DNA of 64,000 nt from Elusimicrobia bacterium CG1_02_56_21 (GTDB taxonomy: Bacteria; Elusimicrobiota; Elusimicrobia; Elusimicrobiales; UBA9959), in assembly GCA_001871115.1 (NCBI GenBank), contig MNUR01000008.1, positions 13,843-77,842 of the forward strand, read 5' to 3'. The notes under the pieces are model-generated. The model ran no database searches, was not told the DNA's origin, and was given only the letters and a program-made list of their open reading frames with translations. The position numbers and the translations under genes were made by a program. This document shows, piece by piece, positions 1 to 11,028 of the stretch (positions are counted from its first letter, which is position 1; each line of letters starts with the position of its first letter).

Positions 1-1504
1 GGCTGACGGTAGGAAGAATATGCATTGTAATCCGGCCGTCCGAATTTATAGTGGGGGTCACCTTGAGAGTTATGCCGCTGGTTATGGTGGGGTAGGTGGT
101 GGAAGTCGTGGGCCCGCTGGTGCCTATGGTAGTGGTCTCCTGCTTATAAGTAGTCTGGTCCGTGATAGTTATATTGGCTTCTTTATTGTTCAGGGTGGCA
201 ACCTTCGGGTCCGAAAGAACCTTAAACTTGCCCTTGCTGGCGGAGGCGGTTATTACAGCGTTTATTATGGAATTATCCGTAAGCTTACCGAACCTGAACA
301 CGCCCGAAATACCGTCGAACCCGACCGACCTGTCAGTACCGTTGACATTAGCGGACAGCGCCCTGTTATTAGGCCCGGTAGCCCCGTCCCAGGTAACGCC
401 GAGCTCAAAAGTGCTGTTAAGCACAACTTCAACCAGCTTGACCTCTATCATAACCTGCCTGGGGATCCGGTCGAGGTTGCGGATAAGCCTGGCGGTGGAA
501 TCAAGTCCGAAAACGGTGTCCGTAACCACAAGGGCGTTATTGTTCTCGTCCACGGTGCACTTGGCCGAGCGGCCCTCGGCCAGGGCCACAGCTTCCACCT
601 GGGCCTTAACTTCGGCGGTCTTGGCGTAATTAAGGAAGAAAACCCGGGTCTGGGGCATGGATTTCTTCTGCTCCGCTATGAACGTAGCGGGAGACGCGAT
701 GCGTAAAATATTGTCGCCAACCTGCTGCGTAGAAAGCCCCTTTACATTGAGCAGGGTTTTAAAAGCTTCCTCAAAAGGAACCTTGGCCAGGCTGATGGTC
801 ACGGTGCCGGAAACGTCGTCGCCGTAAATAATATTAATATTGGCCTTGGCCGCCATCATCTCTATAACTTCCCTTACATCGGCCTCGTTGTAGTCAAAAC
901 TTATCGGTTCGCGGGAGAGGCTGTCCATTATATTGCGGGAAGAAGGGGCTGAATATCTTTTGTTTGCGGATATTACCGGGGTATTCTCCCGGTTAAGGTC
1001 GGACGGCTTTATGGGGGCGGCCGCGAGCGTCACTGTAACGGGACCCGAGAGGACCGGCTTTATGACCTTGACCCCGGCGGGCACGGCGGCAGGGGCGTCC
1101 TTCAGCGCGGCCGCCGCCTTCCCGGAACCGGCCGAGAACATAACCACCAGCTCGGAACCTTTGCGGGTTATCTCATAAGCGGTAATTCTGGAAAGGTCCA
1201 TGACTATGCGGGAAATGCTGACCGGGGTAGTCTGGAACTGCCCGGTGCGGACCTTGTCCAGCGGGTCGCCGTTGACGGGAATGTCCTGGAGAGTCTTAAG
1301 TTTTGAATCCATCAGGTCCACTACCAGCCTGGGCGGGGTCGCCGTGGTAAAAGCCTTGTACTGCACGGGGCGGTCGGTGTCTATGTAAACGTTTTCCGCG
1401 GAGACCCGGACTGATTTTACGGTGGCGTTCTCCACGGCATAGATCAGGAGCGGGTTCTGTCCCAGCAGAAGAGCTATTATAGCGGCAACTGTGAATTTTT
1501 TCAT
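1..1504 (-). CDS. pilQ: Type IV pilus secretin PilQ (AMIN + STN + secretin N domains), 3' end outside window
   Basis: Absent from the ORF track because its stop is outside the window. Manual translation from ATG 1504 (GGAG upstream) gives signal peptide MKKFTVAAIIALLLG, then ISFDYNEADVREVIEMMAAKANINIIYGDDVSGTVTISL (STN) and LDRIPRQVMIEVKLVEV (secretin). Last gene of pilMNOP. Confidence 0.9.
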   Translation of the reverse strand, partial: MKKFTVAAIIALLLGQNPLLIYAVENATVKSVRVSAENVYIDTDRPVQYKAFTTATPPRLVVDLMDSKLKTLQDIPVNGDPLDKVRTGQFQTTPVSISRIVMDLSRITAYEITRKGSELVVMFSAGSGKAAAALKDAPAAVPAGVKVIKPVLSGPVTVTLAAAPIKPSDLNRENTPVISANKRYSAPSSRNIMDSLSREPISFDYNEADVREVIEMMAAKANINIIYGDDVSGTVTISLAKVPFEEAFKTLLNVKGLSTQQVGDNILRIASPATFIAEQKKSMPQTRVFFLNYAKTAEVKAQVEAVALAEGRSAKCTVDENNNALVVTDTVFGLDSTARLIRNLDRIPRQVMIEVKLVEVVLNSTFELGVTWDGATGPNNRALSANVNGTDRSVGFDGISGVFRFGKLTDNSIINAVITASASKGKFKVLSDPKVATLNNKEANITITDQTTYKQETTTIGTSGPTTSTTYPTITSGITLKVTPTINSDGRITMHILPTVS

Positions 1505-1567
1505 TTTAATATCTCCAAATCCCCGCGTATGCCGCTAAAGGGCATATAGCCGGCTTGCGGCCGGAGG

Positions 1568-1996
1568 TCACTCGTTTTCACGCAGGTTAATACGGTGAAC
1601 TTTCTTGTCTTCGGTCATCAGTATGACCTGCTTTCCTTTTACCACGCCGGAAACGCCCGGAACCAGCTTTTTCCTGCCGTCGGTAAGGCGTCCGGCCTTA
1701 AGAGTGTAAACATCCCCCGCAGCGTCCCGCAGCAGGGCCTGGCGTCCGCGGGAATCTTCCATTATTCCCGTCAGGGTAAGGCCGTAAATAGTAAAAGTTC
1801 CCTTTTCCACTGCCTGGCCTTTGCCGAGCTTGCCGGTCCCCTTCTGGTCGCCGTAAACCGTAGCCGGAATAAGCGGGTCGCGGGTATTTCCGGGCTTGTA
1901 GGCCTGTTCCACGGTAACGGCCGGGGTGGAAACAGCCACCTGGGCCGAGGCTGTCGCGGCGCCGGAAACAAACAGGAGGGTTAGTATAAAGCGCAT
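1568..1996 (-). CDS. pilP: PilP-like pilus assembly protein
   Basis: Signal peptide, RDPL motif and LTLTGIM...ALLRD beta domain; lies between pilO and pilQ. Confidence 0.7.
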   Translation of the reverse strand: MRFILTLLFVSGAATASAQVAVSTPAVTVEQAYKPGNTRDPLIPATVYGDQKGTGKLGKGQAVEKGTFTIYGLTLTGIMEDSRGRQALLRDAAGDVYTLKAGRLTDGRKKLVPGVSGVVKGKQVILMTEDKKVHRINLRENE

Positions 1997-1999
1997 AGT

Positions 2000-2551
2000 T
2001 TAACCGTTATACTGATAAGCGGCCAGCGTAAAAGTGGCGCTCGCTGAATTTTCTGCGCCTACGGTGGCGGTAATATTGAGGTTCTCCGAGGTCAGGATGC
2101 GCTCCTCCAGGCCCAGCGCGGTCAGGAAGCGGCCGATGTCGTGATAGTCGCCTTTTAAGCTGATCGTGTAGGTCACCTTGGTAAAATACTCCACCTTCGC
2201 CTGAACGCCGGGGGAAATGGAGTTGATACTGATCTTGTATTTGCGGCTGAGGGTGGTCACGGTACGGAGCAGGTCCGGGATCCTGCGCTCGCTGGGAAGT
2301 TTTTTCACAGCGGCTTCTCTTTCTATCTTCAGGCTGGCCAGCTTGGCCTCCAGGTTCTTATACTTGGCTTTCTGCTCCTTGGCCTTCTGGATATCGGCCT
2401 GCATGGTCGCCACTTTCCGGGAATTCTCCTCTATTTTCCTGGCGGTCGGCAGCCAGAAATACTGGAGATAGGCGAAAATAAACAGCCCGCCGAAAACCAC
2501 GCCGGCGGCGATCTGGGTTATCTGCTCCTTGGTAAGCTGTATTTTGTCCAT
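2000..2551 (-). CDS. pilO: Type IV pilus assembly protein PilO
   Basis: N-terminal TM, coiled coil, LPSERRIPDLL and GDYHDIGRFL motifs; operon position. Confidence 0.9.
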   Translation of the reverse strand: MDKIQLTKEQITQIAAGVVFGGLFIFAYLQYFWLPTARKIEENSRKVATMQADIQKAKEQKAKYKNLEAKLASLKIEREAAVKKLPSERRIPDLLRTVTTLSRKYKISINSISPGVQAKVEYFTKVTYTISLKGDYHDIGRFLTALGLEERILTSENLNITATVGAENSASATFTLAAYQYNG

Positions 2552-2555
2552 AGTG

Positions 2556-3107
2556 TTATTTATACGTGTACTTCATGGTGATCGGGACCGTGAACTTCTT
2601 CCCCATCTCAGTATCAGTAACCGCTATGCTGCCGATCCCCACCTCGGTATAAGGCCCGGAAGTCTCCAGGGAATTTATCCAGTACGCCAGGTCGTAGGCG
2701 GAGTTGGAGTTAACGCCCATGGACACGGCGACTACGCTGCCCGACAGGGTGGTTCCGACGTTATTTAACCAGAGCGTGGAGGGCAGGTCGCCGACAAGGT
2801 CCTGGAGGAAACTGGTATAAATAAAGCGGCCCTTGTTTATGCTGTTGATAGAGTTAAGGTACTTCTGCACCTCGGCGATCTGGGCCTCGATAGCTTTCAC
2901 CTGCTCGACGTCTTTCTGAAGGATCAGCATCTCCGCCTCGCTCCTGGCAAGGTCGGCCTCGATGGTCTTGGAGCGGGTTATATGCCAGACAGAAACCACC
3001 GCGATAGTGGCAAAAACCACCACGGCGGCCAGCGCGATTTTGGCGATAACGACCTTGCGGTTTATCCTCGCTATATACTCGGGCGGAATGAGATTTATCT
3101 TTATCAT
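2556..3107 (-). CDS. pilN: Type IV pilus assembly protein PilN
   Basis: MIKINLIP (PilM-binding INLLP motif), TM, coiled coil, LPSTLWL. Confidence 0.92.
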   Translation of the reverse strand: MIKINLIPPEYIARINRKVVIAKIALAAVVVFATIAVVSVWHITRSKTIEADLARSEAEMLILQKDVEQVKAIEAQIAEVQKYLNSINSINKGRFIYTSFLQDLVGDLPSTLWLNNVGTTLSGSVVAVSMGVNSNSAYDLAYWINSLETSGPYTEVGIGSIAVTDTEMGKKFTVPITMKYTYK

Positions 3108-4213
3108 TCTTCCCAGTCCTTCATCTTGCGCAGCGCAAGCCCGGCCGCCACGGCCAGAGCGGGCAGCACGTCGTTAGGTATATTTTTGGGGACTTCTTCC
3201 AGGAAAGACAGCGGGTTGACTATCTCTACCGGAACCTTGAATTCGGCGGACAGGAATTTGTTTATATTCCCCAGGTTGGACATACCCCCGGAAAGAATTA
3301 TCCTGGAAATAGAATGGTCCACCCCCTGGGAGAGGTAGAAGTCTATTGAGCGGGAAACCTCGGTATAAAGATCCTTGAGCACGCCGGCGGCGGCCTTTGA
3401 AACTATAATGGCGTCACGGTCAAAACTCTCGATAGCGGCCTCTTTGTCCTCGTCGCTGACCATCACGGAGCGGTCTTTCTTAAGATTGTCGGCCGCGGCC
3501 GGATCTATCTTCATGGCCTTGGCGATAGCCTTGTCAAAAGTGGCCCCGGCTATGAAGATATCGCGCACCACGCGCGTGACCCCGCTGGAAACGATGGAAA
3601 GATTGGTCACCTTCTGGCCGATATTGAGCATCAGCACCGAGCTGTTGTCTTCCCTGGGCGCCGCGCGGTCATAAAGGGTTTCAAGCGCGAAAGAATCCAC
3701 GTCGATTATAAGCGGGTCCAGGCCGGCGTCGGAAATAATATCTATTTTATCCTGCACCGCGTCGCGCTTGGCCGCCACCAGCACCGTCTCTATCTTCGGA
3801 TCCCCGTCCTCCGAGGATTCGTTAAGGATGCTGTAGGTCAGGTTTACGTCTTTAATGTCGAAAGGGATAAAGGGCTCAGCCTCCACATTGATAGTGAGGT
3901 CCAGTTCTTTCCTGGAAAGTTTGGGGAGTTTAACGTAGCGGACAATTACGGCATTGCCGGAAATGGAGGCGGCGGCGTGCTTGGCCTGGATGTTTTTCTT
4001 CTTGAGATAGTTCCGTATCTCATCCGAAATTATAGCCTTCTTCTCTTCAGGGGTGGTGTCCGGCTTGATAGCCAGGGGAATATAGCCCCAGTCCTTAAGC
4101 TTCAGGACTTTTTTTACTTCCGTGAAGCAGATTATCTTCACGGCATAGTTGCCTATATCTACGCCTATAATATCCTTAGGCGGAAAAATCTTTTTAATAA
4201 AATTTGATGACAT
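3104..4213 (-). CDS. pilM: Type IV pilus assembly ATPase-like protein PilM
   Basis: Actin-like fold motifs IGVDIGNYAVK, LNIGQKVTN, ILSGGMS and VAAGLALR. Confidence 0.95.
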   Translation of the reverse strand: MSSNFIKKIFPPKDIIGVDIGNYAVKIICFTEVKKVLKLKDWGYIPLAIKPDTTPEEKKAIISDEIRNYLKKKNIQAKHAAASISGNAVIVRYVKLPKLSRKELDLTINVEAEPFIPFDIKDVNLTYSILNESSEDGDPKIETVLVAAKRDAVQDKIDIISDAGLDPLIIDVDSFALETLYDRAAPREDNSSVLMLNIGQKVTNLSIVSSGVTRVVRDIFIAGATFDKAIAKAMKIDPAAADNLKKDRSVMVSDEDKEAAIESFDRDAIIVSKAAAGVLKDLYTEVSRSIDFYLSQGVDHSISRIILSGGMSNLGNINKFLSAEFKVPVEIVNPLSFLEEVPKNIPNDVLPALAVAAGLALRKMKDWEE

Positions 4214-4441
4214 CTGTTTTTATAACCAGCCCGCTGCCGAACCGCGGTTTGGCGAACCCAAAGCCTGCTCCTATTATAGAACAATTATATTAAATAATCA
4301 TTGCTTGTAAAGCGACAGTATAATAACAAAGCCGAAAATCCCGCCCCCCCCGGCTGTTTTCCCGCGCGGCTCGCCCGCTTTGCTTCCCCGCGCGGTACCG
4401 GGGAATTATTTTTTTACTCCCCTATTTGCTTAAATATCACT

Positions 4442-5374
4442 ATGTTAAAAGGTGCTTTTGCGGGCGAAGCCGGCGCGGCCGGACTGGGGCCGGAGGCTTT
4501 TACCGGCGGAGGCTTCAGGATTTCCGCCTTCTGCCCCGCCAGGCCCGGCCTTAAAAGGCCCGCCGCGCCGCAGGACGCAATGGCCTACGGCGATCTAGAA
4601 TCCCTCTTATCAAAAGAGCCGGGGCTGGATTTTGCCGCAATAAACCTTCCGCGCAAAGAAAGCTTCAGCGCCGCGCTGCTCGCTCTTAATCACGGCCTGC
4701 ATGTCATCTGCAAGCCGCCCTTCTGCGCTTCCACCACCGAATTTGAAACCCTGCGCGCCGCCGCTGAAAAAGCCGGAAAAATAATCTTCCCGGCGCAGCC
4801 CTGGGAGCATGCAGCCCCCTGGCTTGCGCTGGAGAAAGCCATAACCCGCGGCCTTGCCGGAGAAATAAACTATGCCGAGGTCCAGGCGATGATTCCGGGC
4901 CCGGCCCCGGAAGGCGGAGCCGCGGCGGCGCTGGACTGGCAGGCTTTTTCAATGCTGCTGGCGATGGTCCGGCGGCCCCCGTCCGCCATAGAGGCCAGAA
5001 TGGATTGCGGCGGAACCGCGGCTTTTCACGCGCACTTCGGGGGAGCCGACGGTTTTATTCACATCTCCTGCGGCGCACACGCCCCACGGCTGCGCGCGGC
5101 GGTAGCGGGAAGTCTGGGCCGGCTGGAACTGGACGGGAACCTGCTCCGCCTGGATATCAAGGACCTCCCCCCGGAAACGGTAGAACTGCGGCATGAACTG
5201 GTCCCCGGGGCCTGCCGTCCTGAATGGCTGGCCGCGGAACTCTCCGCTTTCAAAAAAGAAACGGAAGGCTCCCTGGCGCGCGGGTCCGGACTGCGGAATT
5301 CAAGATATTGCGTGAAAATTCTGAAGAACGCTGCTTACTCGGCCTCGGTAAAGTCGGCAGCCGTGCCGCTATAG
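4442..5374 (+). CDS. Gfo/Idh/MocA-family oxidoreductase (divergent)
   Basis: ALLALNHGLHVICKPP resembles the family HVLCEKP motif. Start moved to ATG 4442 because the upstream extension lies in the divergent promoter region. Confidence 0.65.
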   Translation: MLKGAFAGEAGAAGLGPEAFTGGGFRISAFCPARPGLKRPAAPQDAMAYGDLESLLSKEPGLDFAAINLPRKESFSAALLALNHGLHVICKPPFCASTTEFETLRAAAEKAGKIIFPAQPWEHAAPWLALEKAITRGLAGEINYAEVQAMIPGPAPEGGAAAALDWQAFSMLLAMVRRPPSAIEARMDCGGTAAFHAHFGGADGFIHISCGAHAPRLRAAVAGSLGRLELDGNLLRLDIKDLPPETVELRHELVPGACRPEWLAAELSAFKKETEGSLARGSGLRNSRYCVKILKNAAYSASVKSAAVPL

Positions 5375-5482
5375 CCGGGGAGTCGGGAATCGGGAGTCTG
5401 AAAGCCGGGGGGATGAAAACGGCCGGGACTGTTTGGTTTACCCTGGCTATTTTTATCTTTAGAGTTCGCTAAACCGCAAAAC

Positions 5483-6013
5483 TCACTCGCCGGTCCGGTC
5501 GGTACTCAGGCCATTTTTCTCTGCGCCTGCCGGGGCGCCCCCGGAACGCAGGGCGGCCACCAGGAACCGGCTTATCTCTTCGCTTGATTGGTAAACCTGC
5601 AGCCCCGCCCTTGCCAGAAAGAACAGGGTAAAGCCCAGGAAAAGCGCCTGGTAAGCCCATTCATACCCCTCTATAAAAGGGGAAAAAACGTCCTGGAAGG
5701 CGTAGTAAGAAAAAAGCAGCGCAAGAACTTTGACAATGCTGCGCGCCAGCCGGCCGGCCCCCGGCATAAAGTCCAGAATTCCATCCACGGACGGAGAAAT
5801 TTCTCCCCCGAACTTGATAAAAATTATTACGCTCAGCAGTGAAACGACCGCGGTCAGGAATACTCCGACCGGCATTTTCAGGCTCATGAAAGGCAGAGAC
5901 CGCGAATAGGGCAGGCTTTCGACAAAGAAAGCTATGGTGAAGAGAGTAAAAAGCGCCACCAGCATCTTGACGGACTTTATCAGCAGATCCCAGAGGAGTT
6001 CCTTTTTTACCAT
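5483..6013 (-). CDS. Hypothetical integral membrane protein (about 4 TM)
   Basis: Four hydrophobic segments; no recognisable motif. Confidence 0.7.
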   Translation of the reverse strand: MVKKELLWDLLIKSVKMLVALFTLFTIAFFVESLPYSRSLPFMSLKMPVGVFLTAVVSLLSVIIFIKFGGEISPSVDGILDFMPGAGRLARSIVKVLALLFSYYAFQDVFSPFIEGYEWAYQALFLGFTLFFLARAGLQVYQSSEEISRFLVAALRSGGAPAGAEKNGLSTDRTGE

Positions 6014-6155
6014 ACTGGAATCTACCAAAAATGCCGGCCCGCCCGCAAACCCGGCCGCCTTGATTTATAAATATGAATGATAATATTGTTATTGTAAACC
6101 GCGCTTTTATGTGATAATATAAAGACTTAAAGCAGCCCCCGGGGGGCTAAACGCT

Positions 6156-6344
6156 GTGGAGGAAGAAACCATGATAGTAGAAAGAACCGAATACAAGGGC
6201 CAGCCGGTCCTCATACTCAAGAGAAACGAGAATGACAAATACCCGTTCTCTTTCGGCCTCTCCAAGGCCCGCCTCATAATTGAGGGTTTTGAAGAAATAA
6301 AGAAATTCGTGGCTGAGAACGACAACAAAGAAGAGAAAAAATAG
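6156..6344 (+). CDS. Small hypothetical protein (62 aa)
   Basis: Protein-like composition (EYKGQPVLILKRNENDKYPFSFGLSKARLI), beta-beta-beta-helix pattern, AT-rich promoter upstream. Confidence 0.75.
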   Translation: MEEETMIVERTEYKGQPVLILKRNENDKYPFSFGLSKARLIIEGFEEIKKFVAENDNKEEKK

Positions 6345-6372
6345 TTTTCTCTCTTCTCCGAGTCAAGAATAA

Positions 6373-7077
6373 ATGTTGTCAAAAAAAGAACTGGCTATAG
6401 CCGGGTTTTATGACAGCATTTATCATTTTTACGGCCTGGCAAATTCTTTCCTGACCTTCGGCCTGGACCGCTGGTGGCGGACAGCCGCCTCCAAAACAGC
6501 CAGGAGCTCCGCCCCCGCAGCGCTCAACGCCCTTGACGCCTGCTGCGGCACCGGAGATTTCTCACTCGCACTGAAAAAAGCGTACGGCCCCGGTCTTAAA
6601 CTGACCGGCGCCGACCTCAGCGCCGCCATGCTTTCGGCCGCTAAAAAAAATAATCCCGGGATGAAGTTCATACAGGCTGAAGCCAAGGCCCTGCCCTTCC
6701 CCGCCTGCAGCTTCGACCTGCTCACAATAGCCTTCGCCGCCCGCAACCTGAACATAGACAGAGAGAGAATGCTGGCCGCCCTGCGTGAATTCCGCCGGGT
6801 TCTTAAACCCGGCGGCCTTTTTCTCTGCCTTGAAACCACGCGCCCTGAAAACCCGGCGGTCTGGCTGATGATGAGGATCTACGTTAAAACCCTCATCGGC
6901 CTGCTTAATCTTCTCTCGCCGAAAAGCCGGTCCTCGTACGACTTCCTGAAAAACACTATCCTGGTTTTTTACGACGCTGACGAATTTTCAGCCCTGCTTG
7001 AAGAAGCCGGCTTCACCGGGGCCGCCTACAAAAGGCTCTTTCCCGGGGCGGCGGCGGTACACACGGCCAGGGCTTAA
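6373..7077 (+). CDS. ubiE: UbiE/MenG-family quinone C-methyltransferase
   Basis: NSFLTFGLDRWWR, LDACCGTGD (SAM motif), LPFP..SFD, LREFRRVLKPGG. Confidence 0.85.
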   Translation: MLSKKELAIAGFYDSIYHFYGLANSFLTFGLDRWWRTAASKTARSSAPAALNALDACCGTGDFSLALKKAYGPGLKLTGADLSAAMLSAAKKNNPGMKFIQAEAKALPFPACSFDLLTIAFAARNLNIDRERMLAALREFRRVLKPGGLFLCLETTRPENPAVWLMMRIYVKTLIGLLNLLSPKSRSSYDFLKNTILVFYDADEFSALLEEAGFTGAAYKRLFPGAAAVHTARA

Positions 7078-7700
7078 CCTTCGGCTCTCAGCCTGTTCCG
7101 TATCATCTTCAAAATAACAAAGGAATCCCTCTCGCGCTCCTCCAGCGTGCCGCCCAGAAAAGCTATGGTTTCACGCCGGTCAGGGATCACTTTCTTGGAG
7201 AGGGTATTGCAGCGGCGCTGCGTTTTTTTAAGTTCGTGCGCCAGGCGCGCCGCGGCGGTATCCAGCCCCGCCAGCTCCGCCAGCCCCGGCAGCGCCGCAT
7301 TGAAAGAAAACACAGCCCCGTCCGCGGCCGCAGGCGTACCCCCGGGCCCGAAATAAAAACCGGCTTTTACCGCCCGGGCCGAGCCAAGCGGAAGCCTGGT
7401 CCCCATAAACCTCTTCTCTTTTATCTTCACGGTTTGCACAGGGAGCACACCGAGCGCGGCCCTGTCCACAGCCGCGGACCCGGCATCAAGCTGAGCCTCC
7501 CGCAGCGCGGCGTTCGCCCGGGCCAGCAGGCTCTCCACGCTTTCTCTCGCCAGCGCCGCGCGCCCGGCTGTCGCCCCGAGCTCACGCAGCAGAAGTTCCC
7601 TCTTCCGGTCAAGCAGGTCATACCCCTCCTGCGCAAATTCAAGCTGACGCCTCAGAACCAGCAGCGACGATTTAGTCGACGGAACGTTCAATAAAGCCAT
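7074..7700 (-). CDS. ntpD: V/A-type ATPase subunit D
   Basis: STKSSLLVLRRQL..AQEGYDLLDRKR, ELKKTQRRCNTL, LEERERD. Confidence 0.93.
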   Translation of the reverse strand: MALLNVPSTKSSLLVLRRQLEFAQEGYDLLDRKRELLLRELGATAGRAALARESVESLLARANAALREAQLDAGSAAVDRAALGVLPVQTVKIKEKRFMGTRLPLGSARAVKAGFYFGPGGTPAAADGAVFSFNAALPGLAELAGLDTAAARLAHELKKTQRRCNTLSKKVIPDRRETIAFLGGTLEERERDSFVILKMIRNRLRAEG

Positions 7701-7825
7701 ATTTCCCCCTAAAATAATTTAACCGCGGAGCCGCTGAGCGTAAGGAGCGAAAGCGGGAACAAAGATGAACCAAGAGGGAAAGTATCCCGGCAATATCTCC
7801 CTGTCTGATTTCATAGCCCGTCTTC

Positions 7826-9247
7826 CTATCCTTTCTCGACCCCGGTTTCTTCCGCGTAATGCTCGTCGAGCAGAGCGCCGCTTACCCTGCGCAGTTCTTC
7901 CCGGGGCAGCATCGACAGTATTTCCCAGCCCAGGTCGAGGGTGCGGGCTATGGGCCTGTTCTCACGCTCTCCCTGGCTGAGAAAGCGCAGCTCGAACGCC
8001 TCTCCGAATTTCAGGTACTGCTTATCGCCCGGGCCCAGCTCTTCCTCACCGATAATATCCGCCAGCGCCCTCACCCTCTTAACGTAAGCGTAGCAGGCGA
8101 AAAGCTGGCTGGCCAAAGCGGGATGATCCTCGCGCGTATAACCTTTCCCCACCCCGTCCTTCATAAGCCGCGAGAGGCTGGGCAGCCCGGCTATGGGCGG
8201 GTAAATCCCCCGCTGGAAAAGTTCCCGGTCCAGAACTATCTGTCCCTCCGTTATATATCCGGTAAGGTCCGGTACGGGGTGGCTGATATCGTCGGAGGGC
8301 ATGGTAAGGATAGCGGTCTGGGTAATAGAACCCGGAGAACCGTCCACGCGGCCCGCGCGCTCGTAGAGGGAAGCCAGGTCCGAGTACAGGTAGCCGGGAT
8401 AACCTTTACGCCCCGGCATCTCCCCCCTGGCCGTGCCTACCTCGCGAAGGCTTTCGCAGTAATTAGTCATATCCGTAAGGACCACCAGGACATGCCGGCC
8501 GCAATCGAAAGCCAGATGCTCGGCGAGGGTCAGTGCCGCCCGCGGGGCAAGCAGCCTCTCTACCCCGGCCGCGTCCGCCAGGGACAAAAACATCGCCACG
8601 CGGGACAGCGCGCCGGAATCGGCGAAGTCCCGCCTGAAATAATCGGCCACATCCCTCTTTATTCCCATCGCGGCAAAAATCACGCAGAAGCCGGCTTCAT
8701 CTTTGGGCAGGCAGGCCTGTCGCACCAGCTGCGCGCAGACCTTGTCGTGAGGCAGGCCGTTACCGGAAAATATCGGCAGCTTCTGTCCGCGCACCAGGGC
8801 GTTCATCCCGTCGATGGCAGAGATCCCTGTCTGTATGAACTCGCGCGGGTAACGCCGCGCCACCGGGTTTATCGGCAGTCCGTTAACATCCCTCCTGTCT
8901 TCAGAAAGCGGAGGCGGCCCGCCGTCCATGGGCCGTCCAAGCCCGTCAAAAACCCTGCCCAGCATATTTTCAGAGACGGGCAGCCGGAGACTCTCCCCCA
9001 GGAAGCGCGCGCGCACCGTGCGGCCAGACAGCCCGCCCGTACCTTCGAGAACCTGCACCAGCGCGAGCTCCTCGGAAATATCCAGAACCCGCCCCAGCCG
9101 CGGCTCCCCTCCCGGCCCGGTGATCTCCACAAGCTCGTCGTATCCCGCGTCCCGGACGCGCTCCACCGCCACCAGCAGCCCCTCCATCCTGGAGGCCCCC
9201 GTATAGGTCAGCCCCCTGTCCGGGGCATAGTCCCTGACTTTATTCAT
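7826..9247 (-). CDS. ntpB: V/A-type ATPase subunit B
   Basis: [58 protein letters not shown]. Confidence 0.97.
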   Translation of the reverse strand: MNKVRDYAPDRGLTYTGASRMEGLLVAVERVRDAGYDELVEITGPGGEPRLGRVLDISEELALVQVLEGTGGLSGRTVRARFLGESLRLPVSENMLGRVFDGLGRPMDGGPPPLSEDRRDVNGLPINPVARRYPREFIQTGISAIDGMNALVRGQKLPIFSGNGLPHDKVCAQLVRQACLPKDEAGFCVIFAAMGIKRDVADYFRRDFADSGALSRVAMFLSLADAAGVERLLAPRAALTLAEHLAFDCGRHVLVVLTDMTNYCESLREVGTARGEMPGRKGYPGYLYSDLASLYERAGRVDGSPGSITQTAILTMPSDDISHPVPDLTGYITEGQIVLDRELFQRGIYPPIAGLPSLSRLMKDGVGKGYTREDHPALASQLFACYAYVKRVRALADIIGEEELGPGDKQYLKFGEAFELRFLSQGERENRPIARTLDLGWEILSMLPREELRRVSGALLDEHYAEETGVEKG

Positions 9248-11028
9248 GAGCCCTCCGTTACAGACTTTGCGGTCAGCGCTTCCAGTTCCCCGGCCAGGCG
9301 CGCCGACAAACCCGCCAGGCCCGCGAGGTCGTCCCCGGCATAATCGGTTCTGGCGCGCAGTATAGCCGGAACGCAGGGCAGAGAAGAGATCTCTTTCAGC
9401 GAGCCTCCCGCCTTTATATACTCACGCCCTCCGCGGTAAAGAGCCATTATAAGCCCCAGCAGCGCCGCCTGCTTTGCCGGGGGGCAATACATGTCTTTTT
9501 CCTCAAAGGCGTTCTGCGCCAGAAAACCGTCCCGCATTATCCCTCCTATAAACAGGTACAGCCGCTGGCCGTCCGGCAGCGCGTCGGGCCCGATAAGCCG
9601 GCCTATCTGTTGATAGTGCTCCTCGCGCTGCAGAACAACCATCGCCTCGCTGCGCAGGCCGCGCCAGCCCGGGCACAGCTTTTCCCACGCGGGCTCCACC
9701 TCGTCGAGATAATCGGAATAGGAGCGCAGCCAGTTTATGGAGGGATAGTGCCTCGCATTAGCAAGCTCGGTATCCAGGGACCAGAACACCCGCGTAAAAC
9801 GGCGGGTATGCTGGGTCACCGGTTCCGAAAAATCCCCCCCGGGCGGACTGACAGCCCCCACTATGCTTATGGAGCCCGGCTCTTTATTAAGAGTAGTTAC
9901 CGCGCCGCCCCGCTCGTAAAACTGCGCCAGCCGCGAAGGCAGGCTGGCGGGGAAGCCCTCCTCTGCCGGCATCTCTTCCAGGCGCACGGCCATTTCGCGC
10001 AGCGCTTCCGCCCAGCGGCTGGTGGAATCTGCGAACACCGCCACATCGTAGCCCATATCCCTGTAATATTCCGCCATCGTTATCCCGGTATAAATAGAAA
10101 TTTCCCTGGCCGCTACCGGCATATTGGAAGTATTGGCTATAAGGATAGTCCGCTCCATCAGCGGCCGCCCGGTACGCGGGTCTTTCAGCTCCGGGAATTC
10201 CCTCAGGACTTCCGTCATTTCATTGCCGCGCTCACCGCACCCTATGAATATGATTATCCCCGCGTCGGACCATTTAGCCAGCTGGTGCTGCGTAATAGTC
10301 TTGCCCGTCCCGAAGCCGCCGGGGATACAGGCGCAGCCCCCTTTGCCGATAGGGAAAAAAGTATCTATAACGCGCTGCCCGGTCACAAGCGGCTCTGAAA
10401 CCCGCCTCCGCTCGGCCGCCGGGCGCGCCTGGCGGGCCGGCCATTTCTGCATCATTTTTAATTCCACCGGGCCGCGTGCCGTTTCAACTACCGCCAGGGT
10501 GTCCGTAACAGAATAGCTGCCGGCTGCGGCCGCAGAAATAACTTTTCCGCTCATTCCGGGCGGAACCAGGACCTTATGCCGCACCAGGGGCGTTTCGGGG
10601 ACCAGTCCGGCCGCCTGGCCCGCGGCCACCTCCTGCCCGGCTTTAAGCAGAGGCTCAAATTCCCAGCGGCGGCTTATGTCCAGCGGATCCGTTTTTCCCC
10701 CGCGTTTGATCCAGGACCCTCCGCTCGCCAGGAGCGAGCGAAGGGGTCGCTGCACTCCGTCGTAAATATTCCCCATAAGCCCGGGGCCCAGCCAAAGCGA
10801 GAACGGCGCGCCCGTGCGCTTTACCGGCGCGCCCGGCTTAAGCATAGAGGTGTCTTCATAGACCTGGACAATGGAACACCCTGCGGACTGCCGCACCACT
10901 TCTCCCGCCAGGCCCAGCTCCCCGACCCGCACAACCTCATACATGCACGCGCTCCCCATGCCCTTAACAGTAACAACCGGGCCGTTGACCCGGCTTACAT
11001 AGCTTTTTTCTTCTTCTCCCGGGCTCAC
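9244..11028 (-). CDS. ntpA: V/A-type ATPase subunit A (catalytic)
   Basis: Walker [44 protein letters not shown]. Start set at GTG 11028, overlapping the subunit E stop (GTGA). Confidence 0.97.
   Translation of the reverse strand: MSPGEEEKSYVSRVNGPVVTVKGMGSACMYEVVRVGELGLAGEVVRQSAGCSIVQVYEDTSMLKPGAPVKRTGAPFSLWLGPGLMGNIYDGVQRPLRSLLASGGSWIKRGGKTDPLDISRRWEFEPLLKAGQEVAAGQAAGLVPETPLVRHKVLVPPGMSGKVISAAAAGSYSVTDTLAVVETARGPVELKMMQKWPARQARPAAERRRVSEPLVTGQRVIDTFFPIGKGGCACIPGGFGTGKTITQHQLAKWSDAGIIIFIGCGERGNEMTEVLREFPELKDPRTGRPLMERTILIANTSNMPVAAREISIYTGITMAEYYRDMGYDVAVFADSTSRWAEALREMAVRLEEMPAEEGFPASLPSRLAQFYERGGAVTTLNKEPGSISIVGAVSPPGGDFSEPVTQHTRRFTRVFWSLDTELANARHYPSINWLRSYSDYLDEVEPAWEKLCPGWRGLRSEAMVVLQREEHYQQIGRLIGPDALPDGQRLYLFIGGIMRDGFLAQNAFEEKDMYCPPAKQAALLGLIMALYRGGREYIKAGGSLKEISSLPCVPAILRARTDYAGDDLAGLAGLSARLAGELEALTAKSVTEGS

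Noticed and set aside
20-1388. Plus-strand ORFs at the left edge
   Set aside because: Antisense to pilQ, which the ORF track missed because its stop lies outside the window.
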